Counted from the first letter of the stretch, positions 46,006-54,762 are shown. The stretch: 64,000 nt of DNA from Microcoleus sp. (GCF_049646505.1 NZ_JBARVX010000073.1:7510-71509); one strand, 5' to 3'. Notes: generated by a model not told the origin, from the sequence alone. Made by a program: numbers and translations.

Positions 46006-47211
46006 ATGCTAGACCTCCTGCTAATTAGCACTGTCGGATTTCTCGGCAGTTTCGGACACTGCGCGGGAATGTGCGGCCCGCTGACAGTGGCGTTTTCCCT
46101 GTCGGCGACTGGCAAACAAAAAGCTGCTTCCCTGCGCTTTCACCTGCTATTAAATGCGGGAAGAATTGCGGCCTACGCCTTAGTTGGTGCTGCAATTGGC
46201 GGACTGGGTTCGGTATTAATTGCTGGCGGACAAATGGCTGGGACTGGTAGCGGATGGCGGCGGGCGATCGCACTTCTAACAGGTACAATGCTGATTTGGT
46301 TCGGCACAGTCCAAATTAAACCAGATTTGCTGCCCAGATTGCCGCTGTTGCACCCAATTTCGCACGATCGAGTCGGACAAGCAATGAACAAGCTTTCGGC
46401 GCAAAAAAAATGGTGGGTGCCCGTCGCTTTGGGCTTGCTTTGGGGTTTAATTCCCTGCGGTTTCCTCTACGCCGCCCAAATTAAAGCAGCAGAAACCGGA
46501 AATGCGGTTTTGGGCGCGGCAACCATGCTGGCTTTCGGATTGGGAACACTCCCAACCATGCTGGGAGTAGGTTTTTTCGCCGGCAGGTTGAGCGCTGACA
46601 CGCGCAGTCAACTGTTTCGGATGGGCGGCTGGGTGACGGTGGCGATCGGGATTATTACCCTGCTGCGAACCGACGAAATGGTCGATTTGACCGGCCACGC
46701 AGCCCTGCTGTGCTTGATGCTAGCACTGTTGGCGCGTCCCGTTAGCAAGTTTTTGCCGGCACTGCTGCGCTACCGCCGCGCTGTGGGTGTCGGCGCGTTT
46801 ATCCTAGCAGTCGCCCACACGTTTTATATGCTGGATCATACGCTGAAGTGGAATTTTGATGCCGTGTCTTTCATGTTGCCGCAGCATCAGTGGGGAATCC
46901 TAGCTGGGATGCTGTCGCTGCTGTTGATGGTACCTGCAGCGGTAACAAGTGTCGATCGCCTTCAACATTATTTAGGCAAACTCTGGCGAATGCTTCACCT
47001 GTTAACCGTCCCCGCTTTTTTGCTGTCCGCTGTACACGCAGCCCTCATCGGTTCCCACTATTTCGGCGGCTTTGAATCGAAGTTGCACCATCAACTGCTG
47101 ACCGCCGTTTTAGCCGTAGTTGCAGTATTAGTTTTGTGCGTGCGATCGCGCTTATTTTGGTCAATTTTATCACTGGAGAATTTTTATGTTGCGCCTGTCA
47201 AACCAAAATAA
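46006..47211 (+). CDS. Fusion membrane protein: DsbD_2/TauE-like domain (HCxxMCGP) + ferric-reductase-like (MsrQ/YedZ-type, di-His heme b) transmembrane domain
   Basis: N-terminus LGSFGHCAGMCGPLTVAF. C-terminal half has FILAVAHTFYML and LHLLTVPAFLLSAVHAALIG, which are conserved His-bearing helices. About 12 TM segments in total. Confidence 0.7.
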   Translation: MLDLLLISTVGFLGSFGHCAGMCGPLTVAFSLSATGKQKAASLRFHLLLNAGRIAAYALVGAAIGGLGSVLIAGGQMAGTGSGWRRAIALLTGTMLIWFGTVQIKPDLLPRLPLLHPISHDRVGQAMNKLSAQKKWWVPVALGLLWGLIPCGFLYAAQIKAAETGNAVLGAATMLAFGLGTLPTMLGVGFFAGRLSADTRSQLFRMGGWVTVAIGIITLLRTDEMVDLTGHAALLCLMLALLARPVSKFLPALLRYRRAVGVGAFILAVAHTFYMLDHTLKWNFDAVSFMLPQHQWGILAGMLSLLLMVPAAVTSVDRLQHYLGKLWRMLHLLTVPAFLLSAVHAALIGSHYFGGFESKLHHQLLTAVLAVVAVLVLCVRSRLFWSILSLENFYVAPVKPK

Positions 47212-47659
47212 AATTTTGGGAATATTAGTTTTTTTAGGATTGCTCATTGAAGCAGCAATTCCCACAGCACCACACTTCAATTCAACTTCTGTTCTGGCCC
47301 ACGAAGTCGAAGTTTCCGGCGATGTAGCCGCTACCTTTCACCTAGAACCCAACCACAACCCCCGCGCCGGAGAAACCGCCAGAGTTTGGTTTGCCCTGAC
47401 TCGCAGGGGCGGTCAAATAATCCCACTAGAGCAGTGTAACTGCAAATTAGCGGTATATCCGAAACAACACAAACAGGGGGATAAGCCCCTGATGCAGCCG
47501 CCTCTTAAAGCCATATCTGCCGAGAAATACAGAGGCATTCCGGGAGCCGATATCGTATTTCCCAAAGCTGGCATTTACGAACTTCAATTGAGCGGAACAG
47601 CAAAAACCGCAGCTAATTTTAAACCCTTCAAACTGAGTTATACAGTCACAGTTCGCTAA
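47186..47659 (+). CDS. Small exported protein, possible metal (Cu)-binding beta-sandwich (YcnI/CopC/FixH-like; tentative)
   Basis: Signal-peptide-like N-terminus ending VLA|HEVEV would expose an N-terminal His. HLEPNHNP and CNC motifs present. GGAG Shine-Dalgarno 7 nt upstream. Overlaps the preceding gene by 26 nt. Confidence 0.55.
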   Translation: MLRLSNQNKILGILVFLGLLIEAAIPTAPHFNSTSVLAHEVEVSGDVAATFHLEPNHNPRAGETARVWFALTRRGGQIIPLEQCNCKLAVYPKQHKQGDKPLMQPPLKAISAEKYRGIPGADIVFPKAGIYELQLSGTAKTAANFKPFKLSYTVTVR

Positions 47660-47985
47660 GATCCTCTTTCCATCACCGAACATAAATATTGTAGGGGCGG
47701 GTAAACCTGCCAATAAACGCCTAAAACCCAAAATCTCATAAACCCGCCCCACCCAACCTTCGGTAATATCATATACCATCTTCATCAGAATTATTCGTCT
47801 CTCTCTTCTCTTTCTCTGCGTTCTCTGCGTTCTCTGCGGTTAAATAATTCCGATCAAATCTGTATAAAACCTTAAAAATTGCCAACCCTACAAAATGTCA
47901 CAAATTTTTACATTACATTATAACCAGTGTCAATTCTGGAAATTGTTCAAACTAACCTCTCTTGAACTGACTAAAGGATATAACA

Positions 47986-49428
47986 ATGGATATCTTATCA
48001 AACACCGTCGCGCTGTCGCGGATGCAATTTGCGCTAACGGCAATATTCCATATGCTGTGGCCAGTTCTGACTACCGGAATGGGGATTTATCTGGTAATTG
48101 TTGAAGGAATGTGGCTGAAAACTCGCAATCCCGAATACTACCACCACGCTCGTTTTTGGTCGAAACTCTACGTCCTCAACTTCGGGATTGGAGTAGCTTC
48201 CGGGATTCCGATGGAATTTCAATTCGGCACAAACTGGGCCCCATTTTCGGAAGCTGTTGGTGACTTTTTTGGCAGCATTTTAGGCTTTGAAGCTTCAATG
48301 GCATTTATGCTAGAAGCAGGCTTTTTAGGAATTATGCTATTCGGTTGGGAGCGCGTTCACCCGATCGTCCATTATTTCGCTACAATCATGGTAGCCTTCG
48401 GCGCAAACCTTTCCACAGTCTGGATTTTAGTCGCCAACTCTTGGCTGCAAACTCCAGCGGGCGGAGAAATGGTCAACGGGAAGTTCATTGTCAGCGATTA
48501 CTTTCAAGCAATTCTCAACCCCTTCGCATTAAACAGCATTCTGCATATGTTTTTTGCGACGTTAGAAACTTCACTGTTTGTAATTGGCGGGATTAGCGCT
48601 TGGTACATTCTTAACAAGCGCAACCAAGCCTTTTTTTCCAAATCATTAAAAATTGCCATAGCCACAGCAATCGCCGTTGCACCTTTGCAGATATTCATCG
48701 GACATTTGAGCGCCGAACAAGTTTATCGCTATCAACCCACCAAATTAGCTGCGATTGAAGCTAAGTGGGAAACCTCCCCAGCCGGAGAGTCAGCCGATTG
48801 GACTTTGCTGGCTTTACCTAACGAAAAAGCTCAAAAAAATGACTGGGAAATTAAGATTCCCAATGGCTTAGGATACGTTCTGGAATTCAAAGAAAAACTA
48901 TCCGAACCAGTTCTCGGATTAAAAGAATGGAAGCCCGAAGATAGACCCCGAATGGTGGGTTTAATCTACTATTCTTTCCGCATCATGTCCGGGATTGGAT
49001 TCTTTTTTCTAGGATTGATGCTATTCAGTATAATTCAGTGGATGCGAGGCAAACTTTCGCCCGAAAATATTAGCAATCAAGCTTGGCTGATGCGCGCTTG
49101 GGTATTAGCTGCGCCGCTGGGATATATTGCTGTAGAATCCGGTTGGATAGTGCGCTGTGTCGGCCGACAGCCCTGGGTTTTATACGGGCAAATTCGCACT
49201 GCTGATGGTGTATCGAACATCCCCGCTAGCAATGTTTTAACTTCCCTCATCTGCTTTGCCGTTATCTACAGCTTTTTGTTTGTTTGTGCCTTGTATTTTG
49301 GCAGCAGAATTATCCGCAAAGGGCCGAATTTAAATCTACCTGTGCCGGGATTAGAGAATGAACCCGCCATCGAAACTCAACCCGCAGAACATATTCCCAA
49401 TCAACGTCCAGCAGAAGCACAACAATAG
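47986..49428 (+). CDS. cydA: Cytochrome bd quinol oxidase subunit I
   Basis: MDILSNTVALSRMQFALTAIFHMLWPVLT... plus a Q-loop region. Typical CydA. Confidence 0.93.
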   Translation: MDILSNTVALSRMQFALTAIFHMLWPVLTTGMGIYLVIVEGMWLKTRNPEYYHHARFWSKLYVLNFGIGVASGIPMEFQFGTNWAPFSEAVGDFFGSILGFEASMAFMLEAGFLGIMLFGWERVHPIVHYFATIMVAFGANLSTVWILVANSWLQTPAGGEMVNGKFIVSDYFQAILNPFALNSILHMFFATLETSLFVIGGISAWYILNKRNQAFFSKSLKIAIATAIAVAPLQIFIGHLSAEQVYRYQPTKLAAIEAKWETSPAGESADWTLLALPNEKAQKNDWEIKIPNGLGYVLEFKEKLSEPVLGLKEWKPEDRPRMVGLIYYSFRIMSGIGFFFLGLMLFSIIQWMRGKLSPENISNQAWLMRAWVLAAPLGYIAVESGWIVRCVGRQPWVLYGQIRTADGVSNIPASNVLTSLICFAVIYSFLFVCALYFGSRIIRKGPNLNLPVPGLENEPAIETQPAEHIPNQRPAEAQQ

Positions 49429-49436
49429 GAGATTTT

Positions 49437-50447
49437 ATGCAAGCTTTGGAGCATTTTCTCCCGCAAGTTTGGTTTATAGTCTTGGCTCTATTTCTACTCC
49501 TTTACGTCATGCTAGACGGTTTTGATTTGGGAGTTGGAATTTTGTCTTTGACTGCTGACGATGAGGAACGCAGGGGCATTTTAATGACCAGTCTGGGCAA
49601 CGTTTGGGATGCTAACGAAACTTGGCTGGTTTTAATGGGAGGCGCTTTATTTGGGGCATTTCCCCTCGCTTACGGCACGATTTTGACTGCTTTGTACATA
49701 CCGATTTGCATGATGCTTTTTGGTTTGATATTTCGGGCTGTCGCCTTTGAATTTCGCGAGCATTCTAACCGGAAAAAATTCTGGAATTATGCTTTTGGTG
49801 CCGGCAGTTTCTTAGCTGCTTTAGCTCAAGGATTTGCCCTCGGTGCGGTGCTCGAAGGCATTGCGGTGGATGAGGCCGGGCATTTTGTGGGGACAACTTG
49901 GGATTGGCTGGATTGGCGATCGATCTTGGTGGCTTTGACGCTGGTTCAAGGCTATGTTTTGATCGGTTCCACCTATCTAATTATGAAGACTGACGGAGAA
50001 CTGCAAACAAATCACTATCGCACTGCTAAAATTGCAGCAGTGACGACTTTAATCGGAGCAGTTTTAATTACGATCGCCACTCCGATTTTTTACGAAAGTA
50101 CCAGGGAGAAATTGTTTGAAAAACCGCTAGTTTATGTGTTTGTAGCGATTCCTTTGCTGGGATTGCTGCTGGTGGGAATGCTGCTAAAAAGTTTGGCAAA
50201 AAAAGAAGAAAAAACGCCGTTCGTGTGGACAATATTGATTTTCCTGCTTACTTTCCTGGGCTTGGGATTAATTGTTTTTCCATACATTATTCCGACCAAA
50301 ATTACGATTTACCAAGCTGCGGCTTCCCCCAGCGCGCTGGTATTTATGATTGTGTTCATCGGCTTCCTTATCCCGATCATGATTTTTTACAACATCTACA
50401 ATTACATTGTATTTCGGGGTAAGGTTACTGGCGGCTACGGCGAATAA
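49437..50447 (+). CDS. cydB: Cytochrome bd quinol oxidase subunit II
   Basis: LPQVWFIVLALFLLLYVMLDGFDLGVGIL is the CydB hallmark. It starts 8 nt after cydA. Confidence 0.93.
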   Translation: MQALEHFLPQVWFIVLALFLLLYVMLDGFDLGVGILSLTADDEERRGILMTSLGNVWDANETWLVLMGGALFGAFPLAYGTILTALYIPICMMLFGLIFRAVAFEFREHSNRKKFWNYAFGAGSFLAALAQGFALGAVLEGIAVDEAGHFVGTTWDWLDWRSILVALTLVQGYVLIGSTYLIMKTDGELQTNHYRTAKIAAVTTLIGAVLITIATPIFYESTREKLFEKPLVYVFVAIPLLGLLLVGMLLKSLAKKEEKTPFVWTILIFLLTFLGLGLIVFPYIIPTKITIYQAAASPSALVFMIVFIGFLIPIMIFYNIYNYIVFRGKVTGGYGE

Positions 50448-50485
50448 AATAGGTTGGTAGTGAGGACTGAACTCCTCCTAAAAAT

Positions 50486-51715
50486 TTAAGGAATCAAGTC
50501 TTCACTGCGAACGAATGGGTCGATAAAAGCAGGATTTGTAATAAAAGCTTCATCAGTTAAACTGTGCAAAAAAGCCAACAAATCGCGCTGTTCTTGCACG
50601 TTGAGTTTGAAGCCAGAAACAAAGTTACTTTTGAGCGGATTTTCGCTACCTATTCCCGCAAATTCTCCTTTTTTAATAGTTCTGCCACCCGCTTTGTAGT
50701 GGCCGATAACTTCTGGCAAGGTTTTGATACTTCCGTCGTGCATATAAGGTGCTGTCAAAGCAATATTTCGCAGGGTTGGTGCTTTGAATTTGCCCATGTC
50801 CGAGGGTTCGCTGGTGATTTCGTATACTCCAGTATTTTTGGGCGGATAAGCGCCTTTGCCGTCAAGATTGTACAATCCTGTATTGTGAAAGGCTATTTCT
50901 TTGAAAGCTAGGCGATCGTGCGCGATCGAATCTGAGAAGTTTAGTCCGCCGTGGCAGTGAAAGCATTCTAAACGTTCGCTGTTAAATAATTCTTCGCCCC
51001 GCTTGGCTGAAGCTGAAATCGCACCGGAGTCGCCGTTGTAGCGGTATCTGTCGTAGGGAGAAGTCAGGGAAATTAAAGTGCGTTCAAAAGAGGCGATCGC
51101 CTTTGCTAAATTGCTAATATTAATAGGATTGGGTTCTTGACTAAAAGCTGCTGCAAACATTTTTTGGTATTGAGAATCCGATCGCAATATTAGCAAAAGT
51201 TCCTGTTCTTTCCCTACCATTCCCATTTCTACGGGGTGTTCGCCAAACAAAGGTACTAATAGCTGAGATTCTAGTTTATTTTGTAGCGGATTTGCCCAAG
51301 TTAGCACGGAATTGTAACCAATGTTGGCTAAACTCATAGCATTGCGCGGGTGTTTTTCTCCGGTTGCGCCGACTCCTACTGTTTTGCCATCGGTGAAAGC
51401 TTTCGCTTGAATGTGACAGGAAGCGCAGGAAAATTCTCCTGTGACTGACAGGCGTTTTTCGTAGAAAAGATATCTGCCTAATTCAACTTTTTCTTGGCTG
51501 ATTGGGTTGTCGGCTGGTACAATTGGTTTTGGTATTCCAGCGGGAATGTTCCAATTGTAAGTAGGATCGGGTGGATTTGCTAAACTGGAATTTGTGGAGG
51601 ATAATACTGCACTCAAACTCATTGCTAGGAAGCATGATAAAATGCAGATAATAGTCAGAGTTGATAATTTTTTCCGCTTCATTTGATGTTTTGTAAGTAG
51701 CCGGCGGTTTGACAA
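50486..51715 (-). CDS. mbnH: MbnH-family di-haem cytochrome c peroxidase/MauG-like enzyme
   Basis: Two CxxCH motifs (CASCHIQ, CFHCHGG) and [17 protein letters not shown]. The likely true start is the MKRKKL ATG near 51679, which is followed by a signal peptide. Confidence 0.85.
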   Translation of the reverse strand: MSNRRLLTKHQMKRKKLSTLTIICILSCFLAMSLSAVLSSTNSSLANPPDPTYNWNIPAGIPKPIVPADNPISQEKVELGRYLFYEKRLSVTGEFSCASCHIQAKAFTDGKTVGVGATGEKHPRNAMSLANIGYNSVLTWANPLQNKLESQLLVPLFGEHPVEMGMVGKEQELLLILRSDSQYQKMFAAAFSQEPNPINISNLAKAIASFERTLISLTSPYDRYRYNGDSGAISASAKRGEELFNSERLECFHCHGGLNFSDSIAHDRLAFKEIAFHNTGLYNLDGKGAYPPKNTGVYEITSEPSDMGKFKAPTLRNIALTAPYMHDGSIKTLPEVIGHYKAGGRTIKKGEFAGIGSENPLKSNFVSGFKLNVQEQRDLLAFLHSLTDEAFITNPAFIDPFVRSEDLIP

Positions 51716-51743
51716 TTACATAGAGATTGAGGTGTGTCATAAA

Positions 51744-51794
51744 CAGAGGCAGAGCCTCCGGATCTGCATTACCAGGCAGAGCCTGGTAACGAGC
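51744..51794. repeat. Family A core repeat (solo) between mbnP and mbnH
   Basis: gaggcagagcctccggatctgcattaccaggcagagcctggtaacgag. It is followed by a ccgcagag-type repeat and a 14-bp inverted-repeat element (ggcgttgctga...tcagcaacgcc, 51867-51981). Confidence 0.85.
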
Positions 51795-52003
51795 AATTTC
51801 ACATTACCACAAGACCTCTCTTCCCTCTTCTCTCTGCGCCAAGAGCGCCCTCTGCGGTAAAAAAAAGGCGTTGCTGATTCATGGTATGAATCAACTTTGC
51901 GCTTGATGTTACAAAGCTCACCATACTTGGCTTATAGCAATTGGGAAATCTTGAATTCATATTTGTATTCAGCAACGCCGCAATTTCAATGCGCGACAGC
52001 TTA

Positions 52004-52954
52004 TTACTTAACTTGAAAGAAAGTTTGTCCCGCAGCAGGTTTATTTCCAAATGGCAAACCTAAGTTTTTCATAATTCCGGCGCAGTCGCCGTCATTCGGT
52101 TCCGACATACATCCGGGCGGAGTATTGGCTTGATTTGCTGTTAAATTAGTTTGAGAAACTAGGGATTTTAGGTCAGCAATAACTGTATTGTTTGTCGGAT
52201 CGAAATTGCTAAAAATTACTTGGGATGTGTTAGGAATTGCACAAATATTCGGCTTTTGATTGTTGCCTTCAGCTTTGCATCCCGTGCTGCCTAAATGAAT
52301 CATAAAACCCTGCAATCCGCCACCGTGACTGCCGCCGCGATTGCCTGCGCTGTGAGCAATTTGACTGCTTTCTTTGCCAGATTTGCTGCCGGGATTTTGG
52401 TCAGCAATTTGATTTTTTATGTCAATCCTCAGAAATTTGTAGCCGCCGCGCCAGTTCCACCACAGGGATGTGAGATTGAGGGGCGAAGGTGCGAGACTTG
52501 CGTCTTCGTGATTGAGGCTAAAAGGTACGCCGAGGGTGAATTGCAGGCCTTTGTAGTTGCCTTTAGGTATTGTGCCGATTACTCGATCGCGAATTTCGGC
52601 TGTTCCGTTAGCGCAAGCACCGGATTTGTTCTCAAAATCTAGCAAAGCGACGTTTTGATGCTGCCATTTGCCGTCTTGTTTGAGAGTGAGCGGTACTGCT
52701 TTGCCGCTACCGTCAATTAAACCAACTTCGGATATATAAAAGCGGAAATCTGTAGGGGTAACGGTAGCAGCAGAAGTGCCTAAATTGCTGTAGCTTTCGC
52801 CACAGTTAAAGGATTTTTCACCTACCGCTGCGCTAAATTTAATTTCGATTTCTTGAGTTTCTGCGGCTGTGGCTTGATGCCTGTCAATCGCCCAAAAGCT
52901 GCCCAAAATAGCTGTGCCTGCAAAGGTTGAGGCCAAGATTAGTTGTTTTTTCAT
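52004..52954 (-). CDS. mbnP: MbnP-family periplasmic copper-binding protein (the four-Cys partner of the metallo-mystery pair)
   Basis: Signal peptide present. FRFYISEVGLID, GACANGT and LTSLWWNWRGGYKFLRIDI (the Trp-rich motif holding the Trp converted to kynurenine in characterised MbnP), plus paired Cys. Adjacent to mbnH on the same strand. Confidence 0.85.
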   Translation of the reverse strand: MKKQLILASTFAGTAILGSFWAIDRHQATAAETQEIEIKFSAAVGEKSFNCGESYSNLGTSAATVTPTDFRFYISEVGLIDGSGKAVPLTLKQDGKWQHQNVALLDFENKSGACANGTAEIRDRVIGTIPKGNYKGLQFTLGVPFSLNHEDASLAPSPLNLTSLWWNWRGGYKFLRIDIKNQIADQNPGSKSGKESSQIAHSAGNRGGSHGGGLQGFMIHLGSTGCKAEGNNQKPNICAIPNTSQVIFSNFDPTNNTVIADLKSLVSQTNLTANQANTPPGCMSEPNDGDCAGIMKNLGLPFGNKPAAGQTFFQVK

Positions 52955-53018
52955 TTAGGGATACTTAAAATACCAACTCAGGTAATTCCGGCCTGATTTT
53001 TACACTTTTTGCTGCAAC

Positions 53019-53040
53019 TGTCAAATGACGGCTTGTCAAA
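53019..53040 (-). promoter_or_regulatory. Operator/promoter motif TTTGACAagccGTCATTTGACA upstream of mbnP
   Basis: On the minus strand, the second TTGACA lies 16-17 nt before TAAAAA/AAAAAT. The perfect dyad GTCA-TT-TGAC (plus-strand coordinates 53020-53029) overlaps the -35. It is 65 nt 5' of ATG 52954. Confidence 0.55.
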
Positions 53041-53133
53041 CTTGTAAATAGCAAAGTTTATGATTAAGCCTTTCTAAAGAAACGGTCGATAAAAAGCCTT
53101 GATGATGTATTGTCGATCGATAATTAATTACAT

Positions 53134-53255
53134 TAGACCTCTTGCAAAAGTCCTTTTAATCAAATTTTGGGACGGGCTAGAAGCCCATCCCACAAGAAAA
53201 AAGATTTTTATGGGATGGCTTCTAGCCGGTCCTAACTATTTTTGCAAGAAGTCTA
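53134..53255. mobile_element. MITE, family C (TIR TAGACCTCTTGCAAAA; core gggacgggctagaagcccatccc)
   Basis: tagacctcttgcaaaag...ttttgcaagaagtcta terminal inverted repeats with nested hairpins. It sits between the mbnP promoter and the blaI-like gene. Confidence 0.8.
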
Positions 53256-53261
53256 TTATCC

Positions 53262-53289
53262 CTAAAATCTCAAACCTAAAATCTAAAAT
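53262..53289. repeat. STRR heptamers (CTAAAAT) abutting the BlaI-like start codon
   Basis: ctaaaatctcaaacctaaaatctaaaatcct-ATG. The last 17 nt are identical to those preceding rodA. Confidence 0.9.
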
Positions 53290-53292
53290 CCT

Positions 53293-53715
53293 ATGAATCC
53301 TCTGCCGAATTACCGCCCCAAGCAACTTTCTCTCGGCCCTTTGGAGGCTGAGATTTTAAATATAGTTTGGGAGCTAGAAATTGCTACAGTCAAAGACGTG
53401 CACGATCGCATTTTAGCCGATCCCGATCGCGAATTGGCCTACGCTTCAGTCACAACAGTGCTGCGGCGCTTGACGGAGAAGGGTTGGCTGGTTTGTAACA
53501 AAAGCGAAAGGACATTCACTTGGCAACCTTTAGTTTCTGGCGAAGAAGCCCGATCGCTGTTTGCTTGCGATCGCTTGCAGAAGTTCCTAGCAGTTAGCAA
53601 TCCCGATATTGTAGCAGCATTTGCTGACAGCCTCGACCAAGCAACAGTCGAACAATTACAAGAAATTTCCCTTCGCATTCAAGCTGTCCGCCAAGCTAGA
53701 AAGGAGAAAAAATAA
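53293..53715 (+). CDS. BlaI/MecI/CopY-family winged-helix transcriptional repressor (PetR-like)
   Basis: 140 aa. LGPLEAEILNIVWELEIATVKDVHDRI...YASVTTVLRRLTEKGWL is the family signature. The stop overlaps the start of the next gene (TAATG). Confidence 0.85.
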   Translation: MNPLPNYRPKQLSLGPLEAEILNIVWELEIATVKDVHDRILADPDRELAYASVTTVLRRLTEKGWLVCNKSERTFTWQPLVSGEEARSLFACDRLQKFLAVSNPDIVAAFADSLDQATVEQLQEISLRIQAVRQARKEKK

Positions 53716-54554
53716 TGCACTTAATCCTAATTTTATCGGCGTTGATTGCTGCTAGCAGTATGAGAATTAGATGGTCTGTTCATTCAGGAAATTGGGCCCG
53801 CCGCTGGCAGCGATCGCTCTTATTTTTCTTGTTTCCACCGCTGCTGTTGCTCGCGACAGCTATCGCAGTGATTTTTATGGGAACTCAGGGACAAATGGTA
53901 AGATTTTGGGACGGATGGTTTAGCTATTTTCTAGCTGTAACTTTTTTGAGCGTAGCTGCAATTTTGTGCGTCAAGCTAGCGGTAGACGGCCATCTATTTT
54001 TAAAGCAAATTCGCACCTGTCCTCAAAAAAAGATAGCCGGAAAAAATATCAGAATTCTCGACACGCCTGCTCTATTTTCTGCTATAATTGGTTTTTGGAA
54101 AACCGAATTTGCAGTCAGTACGGGATTGTTGAAAACCCTCGACTCAGCTCACCTGCAAGCAGTAATTGCTCACGAACAAGCGCACTACTATTATCGCGAT
54201 ACGTTCTGGTTTTTCTGGCTGGGATGGCTGCGAAAAATTACTTTGTGGCTGCCGAATACACAAGCTTTGTGGGAAGAGTTATTAACGCTGCGGGAATTGC
54301 GGGCTGATGCCAAGGCGGCGGCGGGAGTGGATGGTTTATTGTTAGCAGAAGCTTTGCTGTTAGTGGCGAGTTATCCGCACCGAAATTTTGATGTAGATTG
54401 CGTGGTTGGTGCTGTCGGTTCGCAAAATAGATTGGGAGAGAGGATAGAGGCGCTGTTGGCAGAACCTGAATTAGTTTTAAAGGTAAATAAGTGGTTTTTT
54501 GGTTGGTTGATTTTAACGCTTTTGCCTTTATTGACTGTGCCGTTTCACAGTTGA
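53715..54554 (+). CDS. M56-family (BlaR1-like) membrane zinc metalloprotease without penicillin-binding sensor domain (PetP-like)
   Basis: HEQAH zinc motif (AVIAHEQAHYYYRD) with 4-5 TM helices. Only 279 aa, so there is no extracellular PBP domain. Confidence 0.85.
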   Translation: MHLILILSALIAASSMRIRWSVHSGNWARRWQRSLLFFLFPPLLLLATAIAVIFMGTQGQMVRFWDGWFSYFLAVTFLSVAAILCVKLAVDGHLFLKQIRTCPQKKIAGKNIRILDTPALFSAIIGFWKTEFAVSTGLLKTLDSAHLQAVIAHEQAHYYYRDTFWFFWLGWLRKITLWLPNTQALWEELLTLRELRADAKAAAGVDGLLLAEALLLVASYPHRNFDVDCVVGAVGSQNRLGERIEALLAEPELVLKVNKWFFGWLILTLLPLLTVPFHS

Positions 54555-54639
54555 TTGCAGTGGCGACGATGGAAGAAACAACTGGTTTTTAGGCGCTGAC
54601 GCTCTTGAGCTAATGTCAGTTGCTGCATTGCCTCGGCAC

Positions 54640-54738
54640 AGGATTAGGTGGGCTCTGCCTCGCCTGTGTGTCTTGTCAGGCAGAAATGGAGGCAGAGCCT
54701 CCGGATCTGCGTTACTTTCGCAGAGCCTGGTAACGAGT
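54640..54738. repeat. Family A repeat, degenerate
   Basis: gggctctgcctcgcc...ggaggcagagcctccggatctgcgttactttcgcagagcctggtaacgag. Confidence 0.7.
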
Positions 54739-54762
54739 AATTATGTCTGCAAGACACATTTT

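Noticed and set aside
47905-47930. tttacattacattataac upstream of cydA considered as an HLR1/RpaB-type direct repeat
   Set aside because: Only the first half-site matches (G/T)TTACA(T/A)(T/A). The second half is poor.
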